Made by a program: the position numbers and the translations under genes
Part shown: positions 29,384 through 40,200 of the stretch, piece after piece
Layout of the letters: every line of letters starts with the position of its first letter
Position numbering within the stretch: position 1 is the stretch's first letter
Notes under the pieces: model-generated
Databases searched by the model: none
What the model was told of the DNA's origin: nothing
The model's input: the letters and a program-made list of their open reading frames with translations, nothing else
NCBI GenBank assembly: GCA_963749495.1
Contig: CAVVMW010000012.1
Span: forward strand, 512,001-576,000
Reading direction: 5' to 3'
Origin: an uncultured bacterium
GTDB taxonomy: Bacteria; Verrucomicrobiota; Verrucomicrobiia; Limisphaerales; UBA8199
Length of the DNA: 64,000 nucleotides

Positions 29384-30781
29384 TTATAGCCACTTTTTGC
29401 GTTGCTCCAGATGGATCAGCGAATCGGCTCCTGGCTCACCTTTGGCTTTCATGTCTTGGCTGTCCCACTCGATGGGTTTGCCGAAGCGGAGCGCCACCAT
29501 GCCCACCATCGCCACCTCCGCAATCTCAGCGCTGGAGACGAAGCCCTGGAAGGTCCCGGGGCCGCCTTTGCAGGCGTCGAGCCATTCCTGCACGTGGTTT
29601 TTCGGCGCGCGGGGGAGCGTCGCGGCGACCCCCTTGCAGGATGCGTGGTCCAGCACCCTGCGGGATTCGGATTCTCCCTTGAGCTTCACCATGCCCCCCA
29701 CGCCCCAGGCGTCGGAGAAAAGCAGGCCCTTTTCGCCGGCGAACAACACGCCATTGGTGGGCACTTTGTCGAGGGTGGAAACCAGTTCTTTGCCCAATTC
29801 CTCCGGCGGGCCGGCTTTGACGCCATCATGCCACCAGACGGTCACGGGAGCAAACTGGCCGTGAGCAGGGAATTCCCAGCGAAAATCGTTAGCGGAGGGA
29901 TAACTGTCCTTCAGTGGTTCGGCTATTTGGACCGTGACGCGCTGGGGAGCGCCCAATTGCAGGGCCCGCCAGGGCAAATTGATCGCGTGCGCTCCCATGT
30001 CGGCAAGGTGGCCGTCTCCGAACGCCAGCCAGCGGCCCCAGGCCAGGCAGCCGCCCAGGTAATAATTCTTGAACGGCAAGACCGGCGAGGGGCCGCACCA
30101 GAAATCCCAGTTCAAGCCCTCCGGAATCGGGTCCGCATCGGTCGCGATGGGGGCGCTCGGGTCAAACGTGCGGTTAATCCAGCAATGCACCTCCCGGATC
30201 TGTCCCAGCACTCCGGCTTGGATGACTTCCATGCTCCGCCGGAAAGTCGCGCTGGACCCTCCTTGGGTGCCAACCTGGGTCACTAATTTGGAGCGTCGGG
30301 CGATCTCGCGAATCTCGCGCGCCTCGGCTACGCTATGGGCCAACGGCTTCTCACAAAAGACATGTTTGCCCGCCTGCAAGGCGGCCTTGCTCATGGGCAC
30401 GTGCCAGCGCTGGCCGGAGGCGATGACCACGGCGTCCACCGATTTTTCCGCGGCCAGCAGCTTGCGGTAGTCTTCATAGACGTTGGCCTTCTCCACGGCC
30501 GCGCCCGCGGCCCCGTGTTTGGCAGCCTCTTTCTTCAACTGCGTGACCCGGCTGGAATTGACTTCACACAGCGCCACCACGTTTTCGCCCGGGTCCAGGA
30601 TCGAGGGCAATAGTTGACGCATACGGCCCCCGCACCCGAGCAAGGCGATGTTGAGCTTATTGTTGGCCGCAGCTCCGAAGGCGCTCCCCGGACGAACGTA
30701 GGACAGTGTCCAGGCGCCGGCCCCGGCCGCGCCGAGTTGTTTGAGGAAAGAACGACGAGTGGTCTGAAGATTGCGTTGCAT
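29384..30781 (-). CDS. Gfo/Idh/MocA oxidoreductase with Tat signal
   Basis: TRRSFLK, LGCGGR, CEKPL, WDFWCGP. Confidence 0.92.
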   Translation of the reverse strand: MQRNLQTTRRSFLKQLGAAGAGAWTLSYVRPGSAFGAAANNKLNIALLGCGGRMRQLLPSILDPGENVVALCEVNSSRVTQLKKEAAKHGAAGAAVEKANVYEDYRKLLAAEKSVDAVVIASGQRWHVPMSKAALQAGKHVFCEKPLAHSVAEAREIREIARRSKLVTQVGTQGGSSATFRRSMEVIQAGVLGQIREVHCWINRTFDPSAPIATDADPIPEGLNWDFWCGPSPVLPFKNYYLGGCLAWGRWLAFGDGHLADMGAHAINLPWRALQLGAPQRVTVQIAEPLKDSYPSANDFRWEFPAHGQFAPVTVWWHDGVKAGPPEELGKELVSTLDKVPTNGVLFAGEKGLLFSDAWGVGGMVKLKGESESRRVLDHASCKGVAATLPRAPKNHVQEWLDACKGGPGTFQGFVSSAEIAEVAMVGMVALRFGKPIEWDSQDMKAKGEPGADSLIHLEQRKKWL

Positions 30782-30973
30782 ACAGTTGGTCAGATAATGA
30801 GTTAATGACTGCGCTCCCAGGAGCCTACCAGGTTGGGTCCATGATTGGAACACAAAACTCGCGCAGAATTCGCAACTGGGCGGTGAGACAGAATTCCTCG
30901 CCCCACAGGGTCCGCGCAGGTGTTGGAAGGACATCGTGCCTGGGCAGCTAGACACTCGTCCGGCTCTGCTCAT

Positions 30974-31185
30974 CGCGTAGCGATGATACGAAGGTAGCCG
31001 TGTGGCTTCAGCCCACGGAAAGGGGTTTTGGCCAGAGGGGTCGCGTCGCGTAGCGACGCCTGAGGCGCCCACCCCCTCGGGGCGGCACTCCGTTTCACGC
31101 GTCGCTACGCAACGCCGGGGCTTCTCCGGTACCTTGACCGGGGGCTAAAGCCGCCCGGCTACCATCTGGACACCGCTCCGCGGTG
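30974..31185. repeat. REPIN-like inverted-repeat cluster (GTAG type)
   Basis: GTAGCCGTGTGGCTTCAGCCCACGG versus CCGGGGGCTAAAGCCGCCCGGCTAC; GCGTCGCGTAGCGACGC hairpins. Confidence 0.7.
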
Positions 31186-31469
31186 AACAGGGGCCCGCCG
31201 ATCCGAAAAGTGCTGGCCTAGCGCCGCATCCTCTCGACCAAGCGGTGCCAGTTCTGGCACGACCAGTCCAGGTGGGATGAAGCGCCTTCAAGAGGGTGCG
31301 GATGAAGACCGCGTCAATGCTGCGCCCCTTCTTGCCCTCGTGGAGACACACGATTTGCGTGCGGCTAGGCACGGACCCACCCCCGTGCAACAGCCTCGCC
31401 AGCGGTGAGTCCCGCCGGAATCTTCAAGGGCCCGATGCGGGTAGGCAACGTATGATTGTCGCGCCTCGT

Positions 31470-31568
31470 GCCGGCTCCGTTGGGACCGCACAGGACGCCG
31501 AAGGAGTCGAATTCAGTCTTGAAGGCGACAAGGCACCGGAAATTGTTGGCATAGAGCCGCGTTATCAT
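31470..31568 (-). pseudogene. N-terminal stub of an AAA/SMC-like ATPase
   Basis: MITRLYANNFRCL...VLCGPNGAG breaks inside the Walker A motif. Confidence 0.65.
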
Positions 31569-31636
31569 GGGGCGATGGTACTAGCGTTTAAGTTCTCGTC
31601 AATCTCGCCGGAACAAGTCCGGACTTGATGACAGCC

Positions 31637-32011
31637 TCAAGCTCCGGATTCATGCCCTGGAAAAAGCTCATCCGCGAGCCTTTGGTATTCCACTTCCGGC
31701 ATCGGATTGTAGATCGCCTCCCAGGACTCCGAGAGCTTCCAGAGCACCGCCCGCAACTCACCGGCTGCTGTTGGGTCAGGGTACTCCGGGTCTTCGGCTT
31801 GCGCCAGGAAAACCCGCACCAGCCGAAGCAACCATTTGAGCGACTGTTTGTGCCGGTCCATCATTTCCGCATGAGGGGTGCCCTGCAAAATGCACGCACG
31901 TTGCCAATCCAAAAAAGAATGGCAGCATTTGACCAGGACCTCGACGGTTCCGCGCAGGAGGTTCTCAGCACTGGCGGCGGTCGAGTTCTCAAGGACCATT
32001 GTTGCGTTCAC
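31637..32011 (-). CDS. Hypothetical protein
   Basis: Plausible helical 124-aa ORF; no motif recognised. Confidence 0.5.
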   Translation of the reverse strand: MNATMVLENSTAASAENLLRGTVEVLVKCCHSFLDWQRACILQGTPHAEMMDRHKQSLKWLLRLVRVFLAQAEDPEYPDPTAAGELRAVLWKLSESWEAIYNPMPEVEYQRLADELFPGHESGA

Positions 32012-32094
32012 ACCTTCACCATCACAGAATTTGACGCTCGAAGCAACCCCCGCTGTAATCGGTCAGTGAAGGCGGAAACGGAGTCCCCGGCGAA

Positions 32095-32290
32095 CCCCTC
32101 ACCCCGGCCCTCTCCCCTTCCGAAGGCCTGCCTGCCGGCGGGCAGGGGAGAGGGAGAAACGTCGGCAGTCTCTTGAAATTCCCGGCATCTCTGTTTCCTC
32201 GAGCGGCTGCGCAGAATTCTCCCTCGCCCCATCCGACTCGCCGCGCTGCCGCGCCGTCGCAGCGGGTGGGGAGAGGGCCGGGGTGAGGGG
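32095..32290. repeat. Inverted pair of CCCTCACCCC-type palindromic repeats with nested inserts
   Basis: CCCCTCACCCCGGCCCTCTCCCC...GGGGAGAGGG (32095-32154) and a reverse copy at 32221-32290. Confidence 0.85.
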
Positions 32291-32480
32291 TCTGCCCGCG
32301 CTGCCGCTCCCGCCTTCACTGAGAAGGTGTGAAAAAATGCCAAAACGGGCATCATCCATGAAAGCACCCCTCTGTTTTCCTGGGGATTTTGAAGATTTTT
32401 GCGGTGCTTGGCGCCGGAAATCGATTTTTTCACACCTTCTGAGGCCTTACCCCCCCGCTTTTCTTCTGATTTGACACGGC

Positions 32481-33518
32481 TCAGAGCTTGAAGGTTTCCA
32501 TTGATTTCCAACCTGCGTCGTAGAATTGCGCCAGGGTTCTCTGCGTCGCCCCAAAGCTGATAAACTCTTCGGGCTTCATCCCGTCCGGCTCGTATGCCCG
32601 CACAAACTCTCTCATTCGCGACAATCTCTGGATGACCGCCGGAGGAACTTCGCGGTCAATTCGCTCCTCGCACCGCAATGGGCCGGACATCAAGGGCTCT
32701 TGCCAGCTTGGGAAGATCGAAAAGATCATTTTGGCGCCGGCCAACTCGGTGGCGTGATAAAGGCCGCGCAGGGCGGCGACAATGATTTGCATTCCATCGC
32801 CGCGCGCCTCAAGGAGCGTGTAGGCCCGCTTGGCGATGGCCAGACCGGCCTGCTGGATATCGCCCTCGGGCACATCGGCCCGGCTATCCAGCGCCACGTC
32901 TCGCAGGTAATCGTCCAGTCTGCCAATCATGAGGACAGGAAAGCAGCTTCCGGGAGCCATCTCCCGGGCTTTGGCCCGCTCGATGCCTTTCCGGCGCCGC
33001 TCGGCAACGGCCAGCACCTGCGGCACGGTGAAGCTCACGGTCAGGGTGACGGAAATGCCCTCGGCAACGCATTGCTCCAGCACATCCAGGCCCGCGCTGG
33101 TGGCCGGCAGCTTGACCGTGATGTTGGGCGACCAGGCGTGAAATCGCCGCGCCATCGCCAGCATGCCCTCGCGGTCTGCCGCCCGAGCCGGGTTGACCTG
33201 CGCGCAAACCCAGCCCTGCCGCCCCCCAGTCCCCTGGAACTGCGGCAACAGCTTCCGGGCCGCGTTCGTGACGGGAATGCGCATCAACCGCTCGGCGCGG
33301 TCTTCGGCGTTCGTGGCCACCGCCGCGGCTTCCCGGATTTCCGCCGCCCAAAGCTGGCGGTTGGCTGCCAAGGCAAGGTGCGACAAGAACGGATTGGTTG
33401 TCGCCCCGATTGCCCCGCGCTCGATCCCGCGCTCCAACTCGCGGGGGTCTGCCGAGTCATGCCACCAGCAGGTCCGCGTGGATTTCGATAGCCAGGAGAG
33501 ATAATTTTCGTTCGGCAT
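32481..33518 (-). CDS. Transaldolase-family protein
   Basis: WWHDSA, GATTNP, VKLPAT (Schiff-base Lys), GRLDD. Confidence 0.88.
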   Translation of the reverse strand: MPNENYLSWLSKSTRTCWWHDSADPRELERGIERGAIGATTNPFLSHLALAANRQLWAAEIREAAAVATNAEDRAERLMRIPVTNAARKLLPQFQGTGGRQGWVCAQVNPARAADREGMLAMARRFHAWSPNITVKLPATSAGLDVLEQCVAEGISVTLTVSFTVPQVLAVAERRRKGIERAKAREMAPGSCFPVLMIGRLDDYLRDVALDSRADVPEGDIQQAGLAIAKRAYTLLEARGDGMQIIVAALRGLYHATELAGAKMIFSIFPSWQEPLMSGPLRCEERIDREVPPAVIQRLSRMREFVRAYEPDGMKPEEFISFGATQRTLAQFYDAGWKSMETFKL

Positions 33519-33550
33519 TATCTCGACATGGTTAAGTTGGCTCCGTCGAG

Positions 33551-34708
33551 CTACATATTCAATCGGTGGCGCGCGTACTTCAAACTTTGCTCGACTGCCC
33601 GGTGTTCCAGCGCCATTTGCTCTGCCACCGGCAATTTCGAAATCTCCGCCAAGGGCGCCGGGCTGCTCTTGGCGCGGACCAACTGGAGGATGGGATTGAC
33701 CGCGCTGCGCGGCACACCCTCGAAGGTGGGCCAATACGCCTCGGTTTTGACCGGCACCTTAAGCGCGTCACGGGTGATGATTTCCAGGCCGAAGCGAATC
33801 GAGGGATTGGCCTGGCGCAGGAGCCGGACCATCGCCGGCAGGTCGAGAAAACCTTCCCCCAGCGCCACGTCGGCCAGCAGGAAGCCGTCCTGGTATTCGC
33901 GCACCGCCGCGTCTTTGATGTGCGCGGTAATGGCCCAGGGCGCCAGGGCCCGCAGGGTCTCCACCGGATCTTCGAGAAGCGCGAGGTTGTTGATGAAATC
34001 CGCGCAGAGGCCGACCCACTCGCTGCTCAAGCTCTTGAGCAAGGCAAGCTTCTCGGGCACGCGCTGGTCTTTGTGGTTCTCGACTGCCAGACGAAGCTGG
34101 TGGCGCGCCAAGACCGGCTCAATCGCTTGCAGGACCTGCGCGGCGCGCCTCTCGGCCTGGCGGAATTCGGCGAACGATTTGAACTGTTCGTAGCGCCGCC
34201 CGGGCAGGAGGGCGGTCCGCGCGAGGCTGGCGCCGGCCGCCTTGGCAACTTTCACCTGCTGTTCGAAGCGGTCCACCTCTTCAGGCTGGCTCGGGAAATT
34301 CAGAATCCCTTCCACGAACATCCCATACTTCTCCGCCTGCCGGCGCACCTCGGCTGCGCGGGGCGAATCCTGCGGGCCGAATGGGCACTGGATGCCCCCG
34401 GCCCCAAGGGCATGGCTCTCCTCCAGGAAGGCCAAAGCGGGGGACAATCCCTCGTGACGCCCGCCCCAGCCATTCTTTTGGCTGATTTGGAGGGTGTAGA
34501 TGACGACGCCCAGGCTGCTGCGCCCGGAAGGCGGCCCCTCACCCCGGCCCTCTCCCCGCCCGCTGCGACGGCGCGGCAGCGCGGCGAGTCGGACGGGGAG
34601 AGGGGGAAGGGGCTTTGCCCCGGTTGCGGAACACCCGCCGCCCAGCATCAGCGCGGAACAACCGCCCGCCAGCGCGGCCAAAGCTTGCCGACGATTCATT
34701 GCCTTCAT
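33551..34708 (-). CDS. Sugar phosphate isomerase/epimerase (AP_endonuc_2 TIM barrel) with Tat signal
   Basis: NRRQAL, LAVENHKD, HIKD, LGEG. A palindromic repeat is inserted in frame at 34535-34606. Confidence 0.88.
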   Translation of the reverse strand: MKAMNRRQALAALAGGCSALMLGGGCSATGAKPLPPLPVRLAALPRRRSGRGEGRGEGPPSGRSSLGVVIYTLQISQKNGWGGRHEGLSPALAFLEESHALGAGGIQCPFGPQDSPRAAEVRRQAEKYGMFVEGILNFPSQPEEVDRFEQQVKVAKAAGASLARTALLPGRRYEQFKSFAEFRQAERRAAQVLQAIEPVLARHQLRLAVENHKDQRVPEKLALLKSLSSEWVGLCADFINNLALLEDPVETLRALAPWAITAHIKDAAVREYQDGFLLADVALGEGFLDLPAMVRLLRQANPSIRFGLEIITRDALKVPVKTEAYWPTFEGVPRSAVNPILQLVRAKSSPAPLAEISKLPVAEQMALEHRAVEQSLKYARHRLNM

Positions 34709-36108
34709 GCTTTGATGCCCAGGGCGCGCAGTTCAGCATCCCACGGCGCCCGATAGGGCCGCACCAGCATCGCATTGGCCTCGCGGTCACCCACCACTTC
34801 CTCCTTTTCTGCGTCCCAGACCAGCTTGCGGCCCCCGAGCCGAAGGGAAATATTGGACAGGTGGCAAGCCGTGGCCACTTCGTGGCCGCTCTGCAAATCA
34901 GAGAAGGGCTGCTGACGGGACTTCACGCAACCCAGGAAATTCCGCCCATGGCGTGAGTAGTCCTTGATGGCATTGCCGCTCTCATCTTTTTCGGGCGCAG
35001 TCCATAATTCGCCCTTTTCCTCAGGCTCAAGCTGGGGTCCGCCGACGGGGTGGCCTTTGACGCCCAGGATGCCGGCGACGGTGTTGTTCGGGTTGATCTT
35101 GGGGTCGGCGTGCAACTCGAACCCGCCTCGGGAAATCGGCAGGCAGCCAAAGGTGCCATAGAAGGTCAGGCCGCCCATGCCCAATCCGCCCTTGCCGGCT
35201 GTGGCCTCGCGGTATTGGCAGGTGACGGTAAAGCCCGGGTATTCCATAATGACATCCTGGGTATCGGGGACTTCGCAGTTGTCCTTCACGAACCAGCGGC
35301 CTCCGGTGCTATAGACCGATTTCGGGGCCTTCACACCGAGGATCCAATGCACCAGGTCGAGCGAGTGCTGGCCGAGATTGGTTCCTTGTCCTCCCGAGTA
35401 GTCCCAGAACCAGCGGAAGTGGTAAATGGAGCGGTTGGGGTTGTAAGGCCGCTTGGGGGCGGGTCCCAGGAACATGTCGTAATCGAGCTCCGCCGGCGGC
35501 GCTTGGTCCGGGGGATTGCCGAAGCCCGGCATGATGTTGCGGGAGTTGTTGTTGGACGCGGACACGATCTGGCCGAGTTTGCCCTGGCGGATGAGTTCGC
35601 GCGCGCGTTGGAAAGGCGGGCCCGAGCGGTTCTGGGTGCCGACCTGGATCACCCGTTTGGTGCGGCGCGCCACCTCCAGCATCCAGTCGCCTTCCTTCAC
35701 GAATAATGTGGTGGGCTTCTCCACATAGACATCCTTGCCGGCGTCGCAGGCCATCATGGTCATCAGAGCGTGCCAGTGGTCCGGAGTGGCGACATAGACT
35801 GCATCCACGTTCCTGTCGGCCAGCAGCTTTCGGAAGTCAGCGTACCTGGCCACATTGCCGCCCGCCATGGCGGCGGCCGCATCCACCCTGCCCCGGTGCG
35901 CATCGCACACGGCACTGACCTGCACATCCGGTTGTTCCTTCAGCGCGGCCATGTGGAACCGGCCGACGAGGCCGAAGCCAATCAATCCGACGTTGATGCG
36001 CTCATTGGCGCCCGTCACGCGGCTGGCAGAAAGGGCGGTCAGCCCAAGAGCGCTCGTTTTGACAAAGTCACGGCGTGACATGGCAGTGAGGTTTGGTTTT
36101 GCTTTCAT
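34705..36108 (-). CDS. Gfo/Idh/MocA oxidoreductase with Tat signal
   Basis: SRRDFVK, IGFGLVG, ATPDHWH, YVEKP, FRWFWDYSGG. Confidence 0.93.
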   Translation of the reverse strand: MKAKPNLTAMSRRDFVKTSALGLTALSASRVTGANERINVGLIGFGLVGRFHMAALKEQPDVQVSAVCDAHRGRVDAAAAMAGGNVARYADFRKLLADRNVDAVYVATPDHWHALMTMMACDAGKDVYVEKPTTLFVKEGDWMLEVARRTKRVIQVGTQNRSGPPFQRARELIRQGKLGQIVSASNNNSRNIMPGFGNPPDQAPPAELDYDMFLGPAPKRPYNPNRSIYHFRWFWDYSGGQGTNLGQHSLDLVHWILGVKAPKSVYSTGGRWFVKDNCEVPDTQDVIMEYPGFTVTCQYREATAGKGGLGMGGLTFYGTFGCLPISRGGFELHADPKINPNNTVAGILGVKGHPVGGPQLEPEEKGELWTAPEKDESGNAIKDYSRHGRNFLGCVKSRQQPFSDLQSGHEVATACHLSNISLRLGGRKLVWDAEKEEVVGDREANAMLVRPYRAPWDAELRALGIKA

Positions 36109-36582
36109 AGATTGCACTCTCACTTCCGGCGGCTTCCACGGGGCGCGATATTGCAGGGGTCTTGAGGAAGTTTCGCCGGGAAGTTTGCACAGTGTTCATT
36201 TGCCGTTAGACAGTTGATGGCACGACGAGCCAAATGGTTACCGGCGATTCTCCAAATGTCCAGATCAACTGCGCCTCATTACCTGCCATCTCGGCGGCGG
36301 GTGCTCAGCCACCACCGTGCGAGGCGGCATGGCCATCGCCACCAACAAGCGGCTGCACGCGGCTGAATGGGTGGGTGCATTCCCGAGGGGGCAGTCCGAC
36401 CGCATCCGCGTGGTCGTGCCGGAGGTCAACCCATGCAGCAGACGCATTGTCCGGGCTATCTGCTCGCTCTGAATCCCCGGCCCGATGGGCCGCAAGGCAG
36501 AGGCGCCAGACCGGTCCGGGTGGGCAATGAAACAGATGGATCTTGAGTCTGGAGTTCATAACGGCAGGCGACTGCTTGACCA

Positions 36583-36792
36583 TCAGCCTCTTTCCTTCCG
36601 GTCCAACCTTTCGGCGGCGAAAAGGAGTATCCCGCCAAAGAAAAAGGCCATGCCGACAAGAAACAATCCAAGCACCGCCGCAACGATGAGGTCGTCGGAT
36701 TTGCTGGCAATTGCTTTGCCGAGCAGCCACAGCCCGCCAATGGCGCAGAACAGGAATGACAAGACGGCAGTTGTACGAAGAAATGTTTTCAT
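36583..36792 (-). CDS. Small two-TM membrane protein
   Basis: 69 aa with two hydrophobic helices. Confidence 0.55.
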   Translation of the reverse strand: MKTFLRTTAVLSFLFCAIGGLWLLGKAIASKSDDLIVAAVLGLFLVGMAFFFGGILLFAAERLDRKERG

Positions 36793-37280
36793 AAAACAGG
36801 GCAATTCACTTTGTATCACAAAGTATATGACCCAACTTCTCGCTTCCTTGTTCAAAACCTTTGCCGCCAACTGGCGGAGCTGCGGGTGCAATCGTCCAAG
36901 AAAGGGCTGAAAAACCGGCACACCCGCAGAACGAAAGCCAACGTGCGGTGTCATTACACAGCGTTAGTCACCTGCTTTGCCCGCCGCAAATAGCGGGGTG
37001 CTCTGCTCGCGTTGGCCGTGTTCCACGTTCATCTGCGCAAATGGTATGGGGACCTGGCTGCCAGGCTTGCGTCCCGCCGCCAATAGCCCGGCCGGAGCAA
37101 ATTCGGCGTTTTCCTCCAGCTCCGGCCCGCCGAAGGCGTCAGAGCATTGCGAAGGAGTGGCTTGGCATTCGCGCACCACCCGGATATGCTGGACAGGGTT
37201 GGTGAAGAAAATGGCCTCGAAGTTCAATGCGGAATCGGGAAACTCAAAAAGATGCTTTCACGGAAGGAGAAATGAGAATC

Positions 37281-40200
37281 ATGAACCCAACGATACTTGC
37301 GGGATTCAGACCCCTGTTGAATGGTTTCTATTCGCCCATGCGCACAGCGGAGCGTCGAGTGGCGAGGGACGAGAGCCTGCAACCCGGCGTTCCCTCGATG
37401 CTCGACACTGGGCACTCGCCCTCTGGCTCCCCCGTTGGTTCTGAACCAGCGTCCAAGCAGCATTCGCGCCGCGCCCTGACGCCTGCGTGTCTGGCGCTGG
37501 CATTGGGATTGATCACCCTCACCGGTGCCTGGGACAAAACGGTGGCTGCGGAGGCCAGCCCGTCCCCGCAGGTCTCCGGGATCGTGGTGGATGAACAGGG
37601 CCGTCCGGTGGCGGGTGCGACGGTGGATTGCTATCATTATCAAGCCCGGCCTGGCTACACCACAGAGGGGAAACCGGAACTCGAGCGGCGCACGGTTACG
37701 GACAGCAAAGGCGCATTCGCAGTTCCCTCTTCACGGGGCACAACCCTCGTGGTGGTGAAGAAGGCGGGCTTGGCCACAGGCTGGAAAACCTGGAATTCAC
37801 TCCTTGGCGTTTCGCCCGAGCCGCTGGTCCTCACGGCGCCAACAGGGCTGGCCGGTGTGGTGGTGGATGCGAATCACCGGCCCGTAGCCGATGCGGAAGT
37901 GTGGGTTTTGGGAGCCAGCTTTGCGGACGAACATGCGAGGGCGGCGCACGAGAACGATCTGTTTGGCAAGCCGGCGCGCGAATGTTTCTCCGCCAGGACC
38001 GCGGCGGATGGCCGCTTCCGTATCGAGAACTTTCCAGCCGATGGCCACGCCGCCTTGGGCGTCAGGATGACGGGCAAGTCCCCCCACCAGATTGGCAGCG
38101 GTTACGCCGGGGGCCGGGGTTATCAATCCGGAGAAGAACACATCGAACTCATGGTTGGCCCGCCGGGAGCCATTGAAGGGAAAGTGGTGGCCACCGAGAC
38201 TGGCCAACCGCTTCGAGGCGTCAGGGTGAAATTTCAGCCCCCCGCGGGAGAACTTCACGTGTATGAATCCATCGAGTCCGATGAGACCAGTGCCGACGGG
38301 GCATTTCGCATTCCGCAGGCTGAGCCCGGCCTCTATTTTGCCAATGCCATCGGTGCCACTTTTGACCAGCCCGCTCCTGACTGGATGGCGGTGCTGCGAG
38401 AAAACGGCTCGGTGAGGGTGGTGGCCGGAGAAACCACGCGCAACGTTGTGGTTCACGCATCGAAAGGCGCTTGGGTGGAGGTGACCGTGGCCGCCGGGGA
38501 CACTCTCAAACCGCTCGCGGACGTGGAGGTTTCGTCGAGCAGGTTCTCGGGCGGATCGAGTGCTTATACCGGCGCCGACGGTGTGGCCCTCTTGCGCGTG
38601 CCGCCCGGCCAGTGGTGGATTTCAGCCGCCAAGAAAGACTGGGCGCCGCAAGGCAGCGTGGCTACAATTGAGACTGACCGGACCAATCAAGTTCGCTTCG
38701 AACTGCCTCGAGCCACCACGATCACCGGCACGATACGCAACCGTGTGGGCGCGTCGGCGGCAGGGGTGCTCGTGTCATTTCATCCGGGGCAATACCCCGG
38801 GGCAAGCCCTTATGTCGAAGGCAGAACGGATTCCAACGGACGATATGAGCTGACAATCACACGAGAACTGAGAGAGGCATTCGTGTGGATCGGCCCCATC
38901 ATCCGGACGAATTTCATGATGGCTCGCTGTCCGGAGCGGAACCTTGCCGCGATCCAGGAGTTCGACACGCTACCAACCGACTTGGACCTCACCCTGGAAC
39001 CCGGCATCACACTCTCAGGTTCCGTCAAAGACGCCGAGGGGGCGCCGCTCACCAGCGCTATGCTGGACCTGAGCATCCTTGTGGATCGTTCAGCCCCCCA
39101 ATTAGACCCTCGACCGGCCCATGTTGACGCGCGGGGTTCCTTTGCCTTTCCCGCCCTGCCGCAGGGAAGGGAATACTTCGTCCATGCATTTACCGCCCGA
39201 AGCTATGGCAGGGCCGGTGGGGACCTGAAGGCCAAGGATGCGAAACCCGGCCGTTATGAGTTTCCCGCCTTTGTGCTCAAGCGGGCCGAGCGCAAACTCG
39301 CCGGTCGAGTGCTGGGCCCTGGCGAAAAGCCGGTCGCCGGGGCCGAGGTGAGCTTCTCTGGCCAGGGACAACGTGAACCGCCCACCACCAAAACAGACAG
39401 CGATGGGCGCTTCGTCTTTGACGCAGTGTGCGAAGGGGAGGTTTATCTCCATGCGCGCAGCTACGGTCCTCCTGAAACCCGCCCCGGGGTCCCGACCGTC
39501 ATGGCGACATCCGGATACGGGGCCAAGACTCAAGCAGGCGACACGAACATCGTCATCCAACTTCGCGACCCCAGTGCCGGGGCCGTGACCGGCCCGCAAT
39601 CAACGACGACCGGCACAATCTTCGACCCTTCCGGGGCGCCGGCTCCGTTGGTGATGGTGAGGGTGTGGCGATCCGCCGGCTTGAGCCGACAGCCTACAGC
39701 GACGCCAGAGGAAGATATATGATGCGCTGGCAACGCCAGCCCGCCTTCGGGGGTGCTCCCTTCATCAAGTCCGGGCTGGTCGGGCGTGATGTAGCGCGCA
39801 ATTTGGCCGCAACGCGCAACCTCGATGAAACGGCGACGAACCTTGACCTGCGCCTGCAAGCAGGAGTCGCTCTTTCGGGTTACGTGCAAGATGCAGAGGG
39901 CAGGCCGTTGGCCAACGCCGCTGTGTCGTTGAATATGGTCCTCCACAAGGCGGATGAGGAGTTGGACCAGACCCGGACTGATGCACAAGGTTCATTCACC
40001 TTCAAGGGCCTTCCGCGGGAAGGAGACTATCACGTGAGCGTGAGCGCCAGCGGCTACGGCTCGGTCGGCCGCGTTGCTGCGCAACGTGATGGCACACAAT
40101 CCAACAAACTCCAATTGCCCCCCATCAAGCTCCTGGCGGCGAATCTCCAACTGGCCGGCAAAGTGGTGGGGCCAGATGGCAAGCCCGTTTCGGGCTTGTG

